This document shows positions 1-13,085 of a stretch of 64,000 nucleotides of DNA, piece by piece. How positions within the stretch are numbered: position 1 is the first letter of the stretch; every line of letters starts with the position of its first letter. Source of the stretch: Tetramitus jugosus (lineage: Eukaryota; Protista; Heterolobosea); contig OW569370.1 in assembly GCA_937625935.1 (NCBI GenBank), forward strand, positions 423,224 through 487,223. Reading direction: 5' to 3'. A model generated the notes under the pieces. That model was not told the origin of the DNA, searched no databases, and worked only from the letters and a program-made list of their open reading frames with translations. The position numbers and the translations under genes are program-made.

Positions 1-493
1 AACCGAGAGAAGACCGATGGTCGTCCTGACTGCTGTCATTGCTACCACCCTTTCGAACCTTCTTGAATCTAGACAACAGAGAGCCACCACTGTGTTCATT
101 TGCCGTGCTTGGACTCATATTACCTTGACCAGAGCTAAAATTATGGTGCCTCTCTGAAGCAGGAAAGCTTGAATGAAATTTTGGTGTGTAACTGTGCTTT
201 GTCACTGTTCGGGACGAAAGACGAAACACATAGACATCACTAGACCGGATAAAGTTCGGTCCAATCCCACCAAACAACACTGCTGTATCATTGTCAATCG
301 TGCACAGTGAATGACCACTCACAGGAGGTGGAAAAGTACCTGTGAAGAATTCACTTGAAACCTCACTCCAATGAAGGCGAACACCATCAAAGCTAACTGA
401 TGAATCCAATATTGTTGCTGACTCAGGGTGCACTGGCTTGTGATCCTTGCCATCAACACTCACCCTGCGCTTCCATTTCTTGGTCTTGTCCAT
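1..493 (-). CDS. Kelch-repeat protein, 5' part (runs off the window edge)
   Basis: Not in the ORF track. Manual translation from ATG 493 is open to position 1: MDKTKKWKRR...FPPPVSGHSLCTIDNDTAVLFGGIGPNFIRSSDVYVFRL, a typical Kelch blade (P..SGHS...LFGG...DVYVF). Confidence 0.7.
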   Translation of the reverse strand, partial: MDKTKKWKRRVSVDGKDHKPVHPESATILDSSVSFDGVRLHWSEVSSEFFTGTFPPPVSGHSLCTIDNDTAVLFGGIGPNFIRSSDVYVFRLSSRTVTKHSYTPKFHSSFPASERHHNFSSGQGNMSPSTANEHSGGSLLSRFKKVRKGGSNDSSQDDHRSSLG

Positions 494-641
494 CCAAAAA
501 CAAGAGTTTTGCTCAAAAACGGTTTTTTCCTCCGAGTTCAAAAGAAATTGAGAAAAAAAAACCAGAGAGAAAAAGCTCGCACACACAACAATAACCACAA
601 CAACTTAACTTCACATATCACATAACTTTGATCTCGAACCA

Positions 642-2756
642 ATGAATAATGATGAAACAGTCGGAACCACTCGGAGACTTCCAAGTCGATCGAATCGAGG
701 CAGCATGATGGCCTCTCTCATTGCCAATGCCATTGCTGAAGACACTGTCAAAAAACAACATGTCGGAAAATTAGCCACTCAACTCAATGAACAGAGTGGT
801 GCAATGTTCGCTCAGTCTATTGCTGACAATAAGAAGGAACTGAGCGAAGAAGATCAAGCATATGAAGATTTTTGGAAGAAGCAGTTGGCTGGTGAAGATG
901 ACAACGCAGACAATGATCAGAATCATAGTGATGGTGATGATGCAAGTGGCTCGGCAAGTGCAATGATCGATTCAGATGATGAAGAGTTTGAAGACGAGAT
1001 GGATGACGAAGAATTGGAAAGAGATTACATGGTGGACGAAGAAGACGAAGAAGCAGAAGAAAATGAAGCAGCCAACAAAGGAGTTCCTAACGCGGAGAGC
1101 GACGAGTTGGAAACAGAAAGAAATGAACAAGAATTGGCGAGACTCGAGAGACAAGAGAAGAGAAGAACAACACAGAAGAAGAATGTTTATGTGGATCAAA
1201 AGAAGAAGGGAGCGAAAGCGAGTACAAAGGCATCATTAGAGCCGAACGAGGAAAAAACACCAAGAAAAAGAGCGAGAAGAGAGAGTAATGTTGCTGTCGA
1301 ATCACCTGGTGGTGGTTCAGGCAGCGATCTAGAGAAGGTTACTACGAGAGCATCGACAAAGGAACGAACAAAAATGACGATTGAAAAGGAAGAGATTCGA
1401 CGTTCGGAAACCAAAAAAGTGAAGAAACGAGTGTATAAAGAGCCAACGCAACAGGAGAGACTGGACGAAGCAAAAATTACGTCCGAGTATAACAAGTGGT
1501 CTCTACAATGGCTCATGCAGCGAGAGGATATGCAAAAGAAGAAGGTTATCAAACGAAAAGGAAACGAAATTTGGTTGGACGAAGGATACAACAAAATTCC
1601 TCGACTTACATACCACTCTGTCGATAATCACACTGCGATCGCCTATTCCAACATGGATATACCAACGATGGAGTACGATCCCAAGGAGTCAAAGCACTAT
1701 CAGAAAAGACTTCAGGATAGAATTGACACTGGACTTAATGAGGGTCTCTGCGTAATCACCGGAGAGAAAGCAAAGTACAAGGATCCAAAAACAAAGCTTC
1801 CATACGCAACCATGGATGCATTCAATCAGATACGGCAGGCTCAAGAGAAGTTCGAATTGGTTAAAAAGGAACCAAACTCGCAGCATCTGGACTTTATAGT
1901 TTACTTGAGCACGTCTGGCATTGCAAAGTTCCTGCCCGCCAAACTACTCGCTCTCAAAAAGACGGAACAGGACAGCAAGGAACCAAAGGTTATTGTCAAA
2001 GAGCAAAAAGTCGTCATTGTAAAGGAGAAGAAACAAAAGGAGCCCAAACAACAATCAGTTAAACAGCCCACGACTCCAAAAGCTCCCAAAACTCCAAAAA
2101 CCAAGATACCAAATATTAGTACTCAGCCAATGGTTTCAGTGTTCGATTTGCAACCACAACAACCTGATGCAAAGCCAATCCCCATTACCTCAGTTTCTCC
2201 TCCAGTTCTATCTCCCATCGCTGTTCCACCTATGTCTCATGCACCTCATCCTCACCAGATGCAGCATCCACCAGCACCACAAATGCCACACTATGTGATG
2301 TCGCATAATGTTGTAAGTCCACCACAAAGACAACCCATGCCGATGAACGGCTATGTACAATCACCTGGAGGACCATCGCCCCAACAACAAATCATATACT
2401 TGACAAGCCCCATGATGAACAACCACCAATTTGCATATGGATATCCGATGCAACAAGGACCTATGCAATTTATGCCCACACAATCGCCCCGCAACTCGAA
2501 ACCCGGTATGGTGATGGGAAATCTATCCTCGCCTGTTTCAGCATCGGGGATGTCCATGTTCCTTCCTGGTGTTCTTCCTCAAACACAAAACTCTGGCATG
2601 TCTGCATCACCTCAGTATCCCGGAGTTTACTCTCCGGTATACAACCCTCACTTACAACAGCAATTGCACTTTGGTCAACCTCAAATGATGCCAAACATGC
2701 AAATGCAATCACCAACCAATACCAATCCTAACAACAATAACCAAAATCCAAAATAA
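642..2756 (+). CDS. VPS72: Vps72/YL1 (SWR1/SRCAP histone H2A.Z chaperone subunit) with long Pro/Gln/Met-rich C-terminal tail
   Basis: N-terminal RLPSRSNRGSMM, acidic tract, PTQQERLDEAKITSEYN and YL1_C motif CVITGEKAKYKDPKTKLPYA. Confidence 0.85.
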   Translation: MNNDETVGTTRRLPSRSNRGSMMASLIANAIAEDTVKKQHVGKLATQLNEQSGAMFAQSIADNKKELSEEDQAYEDFWKKQLAGEDDNADNDQNHSDGDDASGSASAMIDSDDEEFEDEMDDEELERDYMVDEEDEEAEENEAANKGVPNAESDELETERNEQELARLERQEKRRTTQKKNVYVDQKKKGAKASTKASLEPNEEKTPRKRARRESNVAVESPGGGSGSDLEKVTTRASTKERTKMTIEKEEIRRSETKKVKKRVYKEPTQQERLDEAKITSEYNKWSLQWLMQREDMQKKKVIKRKGNEIWLDEGYNKIPRLTYHSVDNHTAIAYSNMDIPTMEYDPKESKHYQKRLQDRIDTGLNEGLCVITGEKAKYKDPKTKLPYATMDAFNQIRQAQEKFELVKKEPNSQHLDFIVYLSTSGIAKFLPAKLLALKKTEQDSKEPKVIVKEQKVVIVKEKKQKEPKQQSVKQPTTPKAPKTPKTKIPNISTQPMVSVFDLQPQQPDAKPIPITSVSPPVLSPIAVPPMSHAPHPHQMQHPPAPQMPHYVMSHNVVSPPQRQPMPMNGYVQSPGGPSPQQQIIYLTSPMMNNHQFAYGYPMQQGPMQFMPTQSPRNSKPGMVMGNLSSPVSASGMSMFLPGVLPQTQNSGMSASPQYPGVYSPVYNPHLQQQLHFGQPQMMPNMQMQSPTNTNPNNNNQNPK

Positions 2757-3195
2757 AATCCCGCCCGTAATTTTGTCGCTGTCGCATGTTCGCACGTCAA
2801 AAAGCGGTTTTGTGACGCGTTGTCAAATTTCCATCCTTCCCACCATCCATAAACGACCCTAAATTTTTGATGGTTAGAAGAGAACTTTTTGTCAGTTGAG
2901 ATTCACTGTCATCGTTCACACCGCAATTCAGCGACATTTGACACTCAAAGCTTTTTTTCCAGTCAACAACAAAGAAGAAAAGGGAGAAACAATCGTTTTT
3001 GAATCATCAGAATCACAAGTTATTGAAATTTTTTCAACAACAATTGCACGACACTCACACTTGTACAACAGCAAACATCAACAAACAAAAAGTAGACTTC
3101 TTCTTGTGCCTAGAGATTCTTCAAAATTCTGTAGTCGTAATTATCTTTCACACACATCGAGAAAAGAACAAATATCCACACACATAATATAAATT

Positions 3196-6100
3196 ATGGA
3201 ACATTTATTGCTTTTAACAACAGTGGAGAGAATTGGTGATTCTGTATGTACATTTATAATGTTGACATGTGAATATTGATCCGTTGGTAGCACTCACTAA
3301 CCACCCACCCACCACTACTTCTTCTTCCTACATACCTGATGGTTTCATCATACTTTAGCTTCCATTCTCACCACCTAGTCAAAGACGTAGAGGAGCACCC
3401 AGAGAGTACTTGAAAGAGTACATTAATACTCTCAATGATGTCATAGTGCTTCCTCAGATACAGCTGCACAAGGTGATTCAGCCCTTGTTAGATCTGTACA
3501 ATAACATCTCTAAGGTATGTCGTGACTATGTTGTTGTTGTTGTTGTTATTGTGATTTATTTCTACGCGATTCACGTGTCAGCTCACACTCAAATTGTTTT
3601 CTGTGTAACATGCGCAAAAATCAATAATGTCAACCAAAAAAAAACGCAACAAACAAAATTCATGAATCATGTACAACTGGATAGATCTCTCTAACGAAAG
3701 GATGCAAGAATCGAAGCAGTGTTCTCAAGAGATTAGAGCTCGTTTATGAGAGCAAATTGATCATATTGAGTCTATTTAGTGATTATTTGAATTTTGCAGT
3801 GCCAGACAAGTCCAAGTGTCAACCGAATCATCACTTTGAAAACTTGTTTTATAATTTTGACTCTGATGATTTACTGATTGAAGAATTGAAGCCATTGGAA
3901 GACAATGGTGAAGATAGTGCCATGCTCGAACAGTTGGAGCAATCGATCACTGAAGTCATCCAGCAAGCACTCAACAGCCAACACTATCTATCCATGAGCT
4001 CAACCAACAGTGGCGCGAGCAGTAGCAGTAGCAACTCTAGTTCTGATCATCAAGACAATGCACCATCTACTCCCATCTCCAAACAAAACTCGTCCATGAT
4101 GGTGAGAAGTGTGTTGAGCAGAGGCAGACCGAGCGACAGTGAGAGTATTTTGTCATCTTCTCCGCCTACGACGCCAATCAAGAGTGCACTTGCACAGCAA
4201 CAACAACAACAACAAATGTTCAATCTCTCGGCTTCTCCAGCACTCAGGGCAGGTTCCTTTGTCAAGAGGCGAGGTGAGAGTGTTCACGGATCCGATGTCA
4301 AGGCATTGGACGAAACTGTGGCTCACAATTTGGCTGGTCTCGTTGTGACTCGCCTGTTGAGAGGATTCGATATTGGAGAGGAGAATCCGGAGCATATTTT
4401 GAACTGTGTAGAACGGTTCCAGGACTTTGATTCCAAGACGGAATCGGATTTGGGCTCACCAAGCTCTTCCAATAACAACACAAGTGACAGTACTGACTAT
4501 GATCCATACGCATTCGGTGGTGTCTCAAGAAACAACATTGAAGTTTTCAAAGACTCACATTTGAGAATCATTGAGAGAAAGATGAGATTCAAGTGCACTG
4601 AGATTCTCTTCAAATTGAGTTGCACAAGCTTCTCTACAGTGTACACAAGAATTGAGGAAGTGATTGCCAATCAAAATGGTGCTAATTCAAGCACTGCTGC
4701 CCAAATGATGGATTTGAAGATCAAGGAGGAGCAAGAGAAGGAAGCTGAGGAGCAATCAGGATCCGGAGATGGTGATGTAAGTCTAGTGGTCGTCTCAAAG
4801 GATGAACGAGTACCATTTGATGAGAGCTTTGATTCTGCAGATGGTATGAAGGTGCTCCAAATTGTTCAATATTTGAACTTGACTGGATCTGCTCTCTCAC
4901 AAATCTTCCAATCATTGGTCAATCAGACAAGCAAGCAATTTATCAAGTATATTGAACAATTCGATTTGGCAGATAGCCTCAGGTTGGCCATTTGGAATTG
5001 GATCTTGATGTATAGAACAGAGTTTTTGACATTGCACACTCAGGGCAAGTCTCACCCTGGTGCCTCAGAGCTGTTCGATGTCCTGTTTACTTATCAGAAG
5101 GGTAAGAAGGACAGAAGAGTTGTTGTCTCTCCTTTGATGACAATGCTCTTGCTTCTGTGTCCTGATAAGCTTGCCAAGAGTCTCAAGAGTTCCAAGGGAT
5201 CAGACAACATGTCCCAGTTCATTCACAAGACGCTGCTCAAAGTGATTGTGACCACCAACAAGAAGGTCAAGGAAAAGCCATTGGCTATTTCTGTATTGGA
5301 GAGTTTTGTTGAAATATTGCGTGTTTCAGCAATGTTTAACTCCTCTGGTGAAAAGAATGCAGTTCAGTTGCTATTGGAGCAAGGTGAAGAAGCTTTAAGA
5401 GATATTTTCATCAACAACACTGGCAGCATCAGCAAATACTTTGGTTTGACCAATATGAATTATGAATTGAACCCATACATTACGAATGAAAAGGAAGTGG
5501 AACTCACTGCCTATGTTGCTCAGAGTTATTTCATGAAGGATATGAACGGCTCCGTGAAGACTATATTACCAAAGTTGGTCCAATCTGGTGCTTTGGAAAC
5601 TGAAGCAATGTACAAGAGACTTTCTCTATGCAAGGCCATTCTTTCTCTGATTGTGGGTCCTAGTCCTCGACAGGGCAGCAACAGAGTACCTGGAAACTCA
5701 AACATGTTTGCAAGCATGTACACAGCAGTTGCAAGTGATTTACGAGACACCCTTCAAGAAATTACAACCTCATACATGAACATGAGTAAGAAGAATGAAA
5801 TCATTGGTCAGCAACAAGACTATTTCATGTCACTGAATGTGTATGACCCATCGGAGATTCCATCTTACTACTCCAGTAGTGTAGCCAAGAAAAAGAGAAC
5901 TCAATCCAGCCAGAAAGGTGTATTCCTGTTGAACAGAGGTGGTTCCGCTCAACTGCGTAACAGATATCAATGTATGATGGATACAATGAACACTGTACTG
6001 CAATTATTCAGTGCTGATCCGAACATGTTCCTTGTCAAGGGTGCAAAGGATAGTGCCCAACACATTGAGAAGAGTTTCCTCGTTCTAGCCAATAGTTTTG

Positions 6101-9100
6101 TCAGTGTCAGACATCCAGAAGTTCAAGAGCAATGCGTTAGGCTATTGTCCAAGCTGTTCTTAGAGAAGTATGTCCTTCAATGGCTCTCTCCAAATAGTCA
6201 ATCGTCGAGTGCTCTGATCAAGGGACTTCAAGTATCTGAAGTTCATCAAATTATGAGCTATGTTACTGTTGTCAGTTCAGTTTTGTCCAGATTGAGTCGA
6301 GCTCTTTTCGAGGAACAAGTTACAGCTACCATTCAAAAGATTATTTCTCTCATCAGACACATCACCTTCACTTGCAAGATATTCTACACGAGAAACAGAG
6401 AACATTTGACCGGTGAAGTGGTGAATGATGCAAAGAGACTGAACACACTCGAGACTTTGGCAAGTAATGTTCTTGTGAGTTTGTGCAATCCAGACAAGGA
6501 TATTTGGAAGACGACCTGCAAGACCTTGAGAGATATTTGTGATCAGATTGAACTACTGCATAACCAGAACATTAAGAGCTTGAACTATGCTTTCAACAGA
6601 CAACTCAGCAGTGTCAACTTGGAAGCTGATTTGCAAGATATCCAAATGGAGAGAAGAAATCAGATCCAACTCTTTAGAAGAATTGAAGTGCAAACACAGA
6701 GTAGTGTGACTGCCTTCGATGAAGTGTTTAGACTTTGGAGAGAGTTAATCAAGGTTCCTGAGCATCAAAATGATGAATGGCGTGACAAGTTAACGAACTA
6801 TACATCATTGCTCTGTGCTCTAGGTGGTGTTTGTTTGCAATCAAAGACAAAGTCCAATTCCTTGGATGCCTTTATGAGTGAACTCATGGACCATGTAACG
6901 AGCAGTGATCCATTGATCCGTCAAGTCGTCGCATACTCTGTTGCTATTGACACCGCACCAGCGCTTTATGACAAATTGTTCCACTACATGTACAAGACTA
7001 TGAAGAACTTGACTGAACAGAATCAGTCTGAAGCAAAGGCAATGAGAGTCACTGAACAATACGTGTTTATCTGTAAGACAATTGTTGAAAGCAAGGAGGC
7101 CACTGGTGATCTGACCCTTGCAAGTGATTTGGACAAGTTGGTGACCCTCTTGGTTCAATTTATCAGCTCCAAGTCAAAGAGAAATGGTGCAACGAACACT
7201 CCTAATTTGTCAAGAATGCAAAGTGTCTCCAACATGGACCCACCATCTCCTGTTTCCACCACAAATAATTCCTCAATTGAAGTTGATGTTGAGAAGGAAT
7301 TGGTTCAGATGAAGCTGAGGCTATCTTTGCTCATTGAAACATTTATGAACAAGAGTGAATACATTTCATTCGAGAATGAACAAGCATTCAGAAAGAGAAC
7401 CATCCAACAATTGCTGCCATGGACAAGCTTCTTTGCCTTCAAGGGTTCCCAGACTCAACAAAAATTATTCAAGATTGATCCTCAACATGTCGATTTAGAC
7501 ATGAACTGCATGAGAGCAATTTCATCATTGCTCTCTGGTTATGTTCTGGACAATGACTCCGAACAGGAATACTCTGAATATTTCACTTTCCTCATTCAGT
7601 ACTTGGAGAAGACACCAAAGTCTCATACAACCTTTATGACATTCATCAAGAAGGGTCTCAATGCCTTGTTGTCTGTTAATAGTGGTTTTAGTTTGGAGTA
7701 CTTCATGACCATGGTTTACAATCATGATGAACATGTTCGTTCCACATTCCTGTCATTACTGGGTACATTGATGAAGCGTAGGAAGTTCAATGCCAATGAC
7801 GATGTCGATGACGACGATGAGACAGATGATGATAAGAAGCAGTCCGATGAGGTAGCTTCAACTGAGAACAAGTATGCAAGGATTGTCCAAGATCTCTTCT
7901 TGAGATACAATCATAGACCTGTGTTCATCTTGTTTGACCAAGTCAAGAGTAATGAGAAGGATGACGCCTGTGATGCATTTGTTGTCATTTATCAAAGCAT
8001 GGGTTATGCACCTCTGCTTGACATGCTCAACTTGAGTATTCAATTGGAGGTTAACAGCACATCTGTGAATCAACCAGGTACTCTTTTCCGAGCCAACAGT
8101 ACAGCGAGTAAGCTCATGAAGAAGTATTGTGCCAGAGTAGCCGGTCCATATCTGAAGTCTGTGCTTGGTCCTCTCATGGACAAGGTTTGCAACAATCCTA
8201 AGAACTTTGAAATTGATCCATCCAAGGTCAAGGATGGAGAAGACGTCAATGTCAATGTGGCCAACACCAAGCAGGTGATCCAAGAATTCATTGACACTAT
8301 TTTGAACAATATCGACCAAATTCCATATCAATTCAGAGAATATTGTCGATACTTGTACAAGAGTGTTGGTAACAAGTTCCAGATGATTGACGACCCAACT
8401 CGTGAAGAGGATGTGAGAGGAAGACCACTTGAAGAATACGAATTGGATTACAGTCACATTTCAGTTGGTGGTTTCTTGTTCTTGCGTCTCATTTGTCCTG
8501 CTGTTACAAGTCCTCAACTGTATGGTTTGACAAAGGATTTGCCAGGAAACGATGCTCGTCGTTTCTCTATCATTATTACAAAGGTTCTTCAAAACATCTC
8601 CAACGGTATATTCCAGAGCAGAAAGGAACCTTTCATGCAGACGTTCGAGGAGTTCACAAAGAACAATTTGATCAAGTTTAAGCAATTCTTTGCTGAACTC
8701 GCTACTGATCCAGTTGATGAGGAAGAATCATTGAGAAGACAACAGAACGCTATGCCTGAGAATGTGACCGAGGAGGAAATGGACGACTCCTATGGTACAG
8801 TTCATCGCTACTTGTCAGACTACCAAGAAGCATCAAGAAGTGCTCTTCAAGCATTCTTCACCTCTAGCGACCCATCTGCTGAAATTCGTGTTGGTACAGA
8901 ACAATCATCTGAACCAAGTGCCTATGATGTTTTGAGCACCTGGTTGAATAAGGCCGGCCGCCCTCCTGAGAAGAAGAAGACCACAACCACGAAGAACAAT
9001 GCCAAGGAATACTCCTCTATTATCTTTGAGCAATTCATTCAAAAAACTGAAAAGATTGTGACTGAGAACAAAGAAGCTCAAAAGGTATTGGAGAGCATTG

Positions 9101-12100
9101 AGAATAAGCAGATCTTCTTCGTTGGTGGTATTTCGAAGAAACAAGGCCATATTGTTTACTTCGTACCTCAAAGATTATCTGCAGCAGAGCTATATGTGCA
9201 TATTGATATTCTTCTGTATCACATCCTGATCACATTGAGAAAGATTTTCCAACAACAATATGTTTTGGTGGTTGATTGTACTCTGTGGGAGCCTCATATG
9301 GAGATTCCATTTGCCACAATTATTAAGCTCAGCAAGTTCATGCCTATGGGAGCAAAGAAGAATTTGTCTGAAGTTGTGTTTATCAATCCAAACAACAGTT
9401 TCAAGAAGTTCCTCAAGAAGTTCTCCTCGATGATGAAGAAGTCCAATCAACTCAATGTTGTCACAGCGATCGGAGAGAAAGACCCTGTGAAGTGGGCTGA
9501 GATTTTGAATGTAGACGTTGAAAAGACGACACAATATCTCAATGAGAACAAGAAGGCTGATTCTACCATTACTAGCATTGTTCCACTTCCAGCTGTCACT
9601 CTGAATATTCAGAACGAGACCACCTTTGTATCATCCGTTCAAAGAGTGTCCAGCACAGCAATCATCGATTCACAATTAGTTTTGACCAAGGATTGCCTGT
9701 ACGTTGTAACAAAGGAAAAGACTCAACTTGTTGGAAAACCTTTCCTCTACAATCGTGTTGACCACTTCCATGTGGAAGGAATTAGTGAAATTGCTGCAAA
9801 GAGATCCGCAAGAGCCATGATTGGAAGATCAAAGGACTTGCAATTCAAATATGATCCTAATGTCAAGACAGCAAATGATTCAAGCAATTATACCAATTCC
9901 AATAATGCGCTTGTCACTGCTCCTGTTGCAACTATCTCACTAAGACATACTGAGCGAGAGAAGCTGATGCAAGTTATTTCTGATGCTGCTGAAGTTAAGA
10001 GAAAGGAGAACGAGAAGAACGCAGCTCAATTCATTCCTCCAACGACAGAGAAGAAACAAAAACAACGTCTCAAGCCAAGTGACGTTCCTGGTCAACTTCT
10101 CAATATATGTTTCTTGAATCTTGAGAGTTCCAACAGCGCAACGCGTTATGCTGCCTACAATCTGCTCACCAGTATCATCGAACAATTCCAATTGCCAATT
10201 TATGATGTTCTTGAAAGTGATATCATCAGCGTGCCAAGAAATACTGAAGATCTAGTGTTGGAAATGAGTGAACTTGTGTCAAACCAGAAGCCAGATATTA
10301 CTCTTGAATTCTTGAACGAAGCGCTCAGTGCCTTCTCTCAAATTGAACCAAAGTCCCAGGTCATGTGTGCCAAGTATCTCAAACCATGGATCCACAATCT
10401 CTCATTCTTCTACTATAAGGGTGGAGAGAGTGAAGACAAGAAGAAAGAAAATGAAAAGGCACAGCCATCTGAAGCAGTTGTGGCATCTGGAAAGATTGAA
10501 GCCAATGAAACCACACACAAGAAGCTTGCTGAATGGTTCTTGCGCCTTGCTCGTGTCAGTTGTGAATCTAGTCAAGTTTTCCCTGCTGTTGCAGAGTTGT
10601 GGACTTTGATTTCTCAAGAAAACCAGAAAATGCTTTACATGGGTTTGGAAGCTGCGATCCAGTACGGTGTAGAGATGGGCGCTGTTGAAGCAGATCAATC
10701 ACTTATCAACGATCTCGTTGTTACTCTTTCTGTTCACTGTCCAAAGGAAGAAAATGTGGCATTAACCATCATTAACTCGATCGTTGACTGTCTACTGCCA
10801 AAGTCCAATACTACGGAGAATGCTAATACTTTGAACATTTGTGATCTCATGGAGAAGGAACCAAACGAAATTTACAACGACAAGAACTGGAGTAAGATTA
10901 TTATCTATCTCAGATTCTTGATGAATTTGTCTTTCCAAAACAGATTGAATGTGGTTGAGAACTTGCCTCACCTATTGAACCTTCTGGTCTTGTTAGTTGG
11001 AGTCGGTCATGACATTTGCATTCGTAGTACTCTTCATGGTCTCTGTTGCAACATCATTCACTCTTTGTTGACAGAACTACCATTCTTAACCAGCAAAGAT
11101 ATCAATAGAGATAAGAAGGTTGATGTTGAACAGTTGATTCTGGACCCTGAAATGCAAGCTCTCGATAAGAAGATCCTCGAATACAAACAAAATGTGATTA
11201 ACAACACAAAGAAGTTGAATGATAAGAATAGTATTCGAGGAGTGTTTATGGGTTCACCAAACATTGAACCTGCTCCATTTGCAAAGTTGACCACTGAGAA
11301 CAAGAAACTATCCTTTGACACATGTAACATGCTCAAGGTTGAATCACTAGTCAGATTTTTGATTGACACAATGTCCAATTGGACAGATCACTGGAATGGC
11401 TTGTGGATGGTCGAATGGCAGAAGATGTGCAAGTCCATTCTCGAAAACGAATCCATTTTGAACTCGAAGGACACTAAGTATCACCTATTTTATGCTCGAT
11501 CTTTGGTCACCTATTCTCTTCTGACATGTGAAAAGCCTGGAAGCAACGGTGAGAAGGAAATCATCTCAGCAAATGACGACTCAACAGCCTATGCAGAGGA
11601 AGAGGAACATAAGGATCACTTGTCTAAACTTGGTCACAACATCATCACATTCACACTCAAGTTCTTGTCTCAACAAAGTTTGAGCGAGTTAATGCCAAGT
11701 ACCAACAATTCTTCTGCCGATAGCAAATTCAAGTACAAGCAACAACAAGATTTGTTGTTGAGTATTGTGTTGACTCTTGGAAGATTTGTCCAGAAATTGA
11801 AACCTTCAACAGATGCTCAACAACTTCAATTGACCGAGAGTTTGTTCTTGACTGGACTTGTTCTATTGGCAATTGTGGATGCACGTATTTACAATGCTGT
11901 TCTCAGAACAATGGGCTTCATCGTTTCATCCCTCCATGATTGTGGCGTACTCGATAAGTATGAAAATTTGTCTGAATATATGAATGACCGACTGAGAGGA
12001 ACTGCCAACCCATTGTGCAGTGGTGTCTTAGAAGAGTTCGAGCAAGTGACCGGTATCTCATTCAAAGAACACTTCTCATTTGCCATGAGTATCTTGTTGA

Positions 12101-12885
12101 TGAAGGCTCTCGTTGGAGAAAGTACAAGAGACGATGCGGCTGCCCTTCTCAAACAATTCCACATGCTTCAAAATAAGTTGCACTGGCATCCAAGAGAATC
12201 TCTTGGTTATTTCTGTGGTCTGATTGCCTTTGACAGACAATACAGCACAAACAGTTTCTGTGACTTTATGTATCAACGCGAGGTATTTGAGCATCCCAAT
12301 GGCATCAGAGTATTCCTATTCCAGAAGTATCTCTTCACTCTTGTCACTGAAATTAACACTGCAAGTGCAAACAACGAACAGGCAATGCTCTGCATCTACA
12401 AGACACTGAACAAAGGATTCGACTCTAAGATTAGATCTCTCTTCACTGACGTATTCAAGGATCATCATTCAATGAGTCATGTTGTCCGTACTTACACTAG
12501 CTCTGAGAATGACAAGATTATTGAAGCATGTATGAATTTGTTCAAGAGTATGAGTAATGAGATTAGAGGAACTGCCTTGTCGATGAAGGAACCATTCCAA
12601 GAGTGCGGTTTTGGCGGATTTAAGAAGCATAGAACCTTTAAGGTTGTCAACTCTGGTGAAGAATTGAAATCGGTCGTCATTCCAACACAGAACTTGCTCT
12701 GCAAATTACTGCGAACCCTCTCAGAACATGCTGGTATTCAACAGATCGCCGAACAATCTGGGAGTGCAAGCCAAAACATTGCCCTGCACAAACAGAAGGT
12801 GTTAGAGCAGACTGTGGCTCGGCAAACAAAACCATCAACCAGCTCTGCCTCAAACGAAGAAGCCCATGAAGATGAACACGAATAA
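3196..12885 (+). CDS. NF1: Neurofibromin-like RasGAP (RasGAP + Sec14/CRAL-TRIO + PH-like). Exons 3196-3243, 3359-3514, 3685-12885
   Basis: RasGAP motifs TLFRANSTASKLM and GGFLFLRLICPA, Sec14-like VVDCTLW region, and LKPSDVPGQLLNICFLNLES..RYAAYNLL as in NF1. Two phase-0 GTATGT...AG introns (3244-3358, 3515-3684) give an NF1-like N-terminus (ERIGDSLPF...ESKLIIL). Confidence 0.92.
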
Positions 12886-12972
12886 ATCACCAATCAACAC
12901 AAAATTACTCTGACCAGCCAATCTTTTCTCTCAACCCAGAAGCGACCCAAACTTGGGATCAACATGCAAAAC

Positions 12973-13045
12973 TGGAGCCACAGGGAATCGAACCCTGGAC
13001 CTCATGCATGCAAAGCACGCGCTCTACCAACTGAGCCATGACCCC
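12973..13045 (-). tRNA. tRNA-Ala (anticodon TGC)
   Basis: Reverse complement GGGGTCATGGCTCAGTTGGTAGAGCGCGTGCTTTGCATGCATGAGGTCCAGGGTTCGATTCCCTGTGGCTCCA, 73 nt. It has a G3:U70 Ala identity pair, A and B boxes, and a downstream TTTT Pol III terminator. Confidence 0.96.
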
Positions 13046-13085
13046 TAATATATCTTTTGAATTCCTATTTTGGATTTTTGTTCAT

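Noticed and set aside
7858-8457. 199-aa antisense ORF within NF1 and many similar short antisense ORFs
   Set aside because: They lie opposite well-supported CDSs and have no recognisable motifs.
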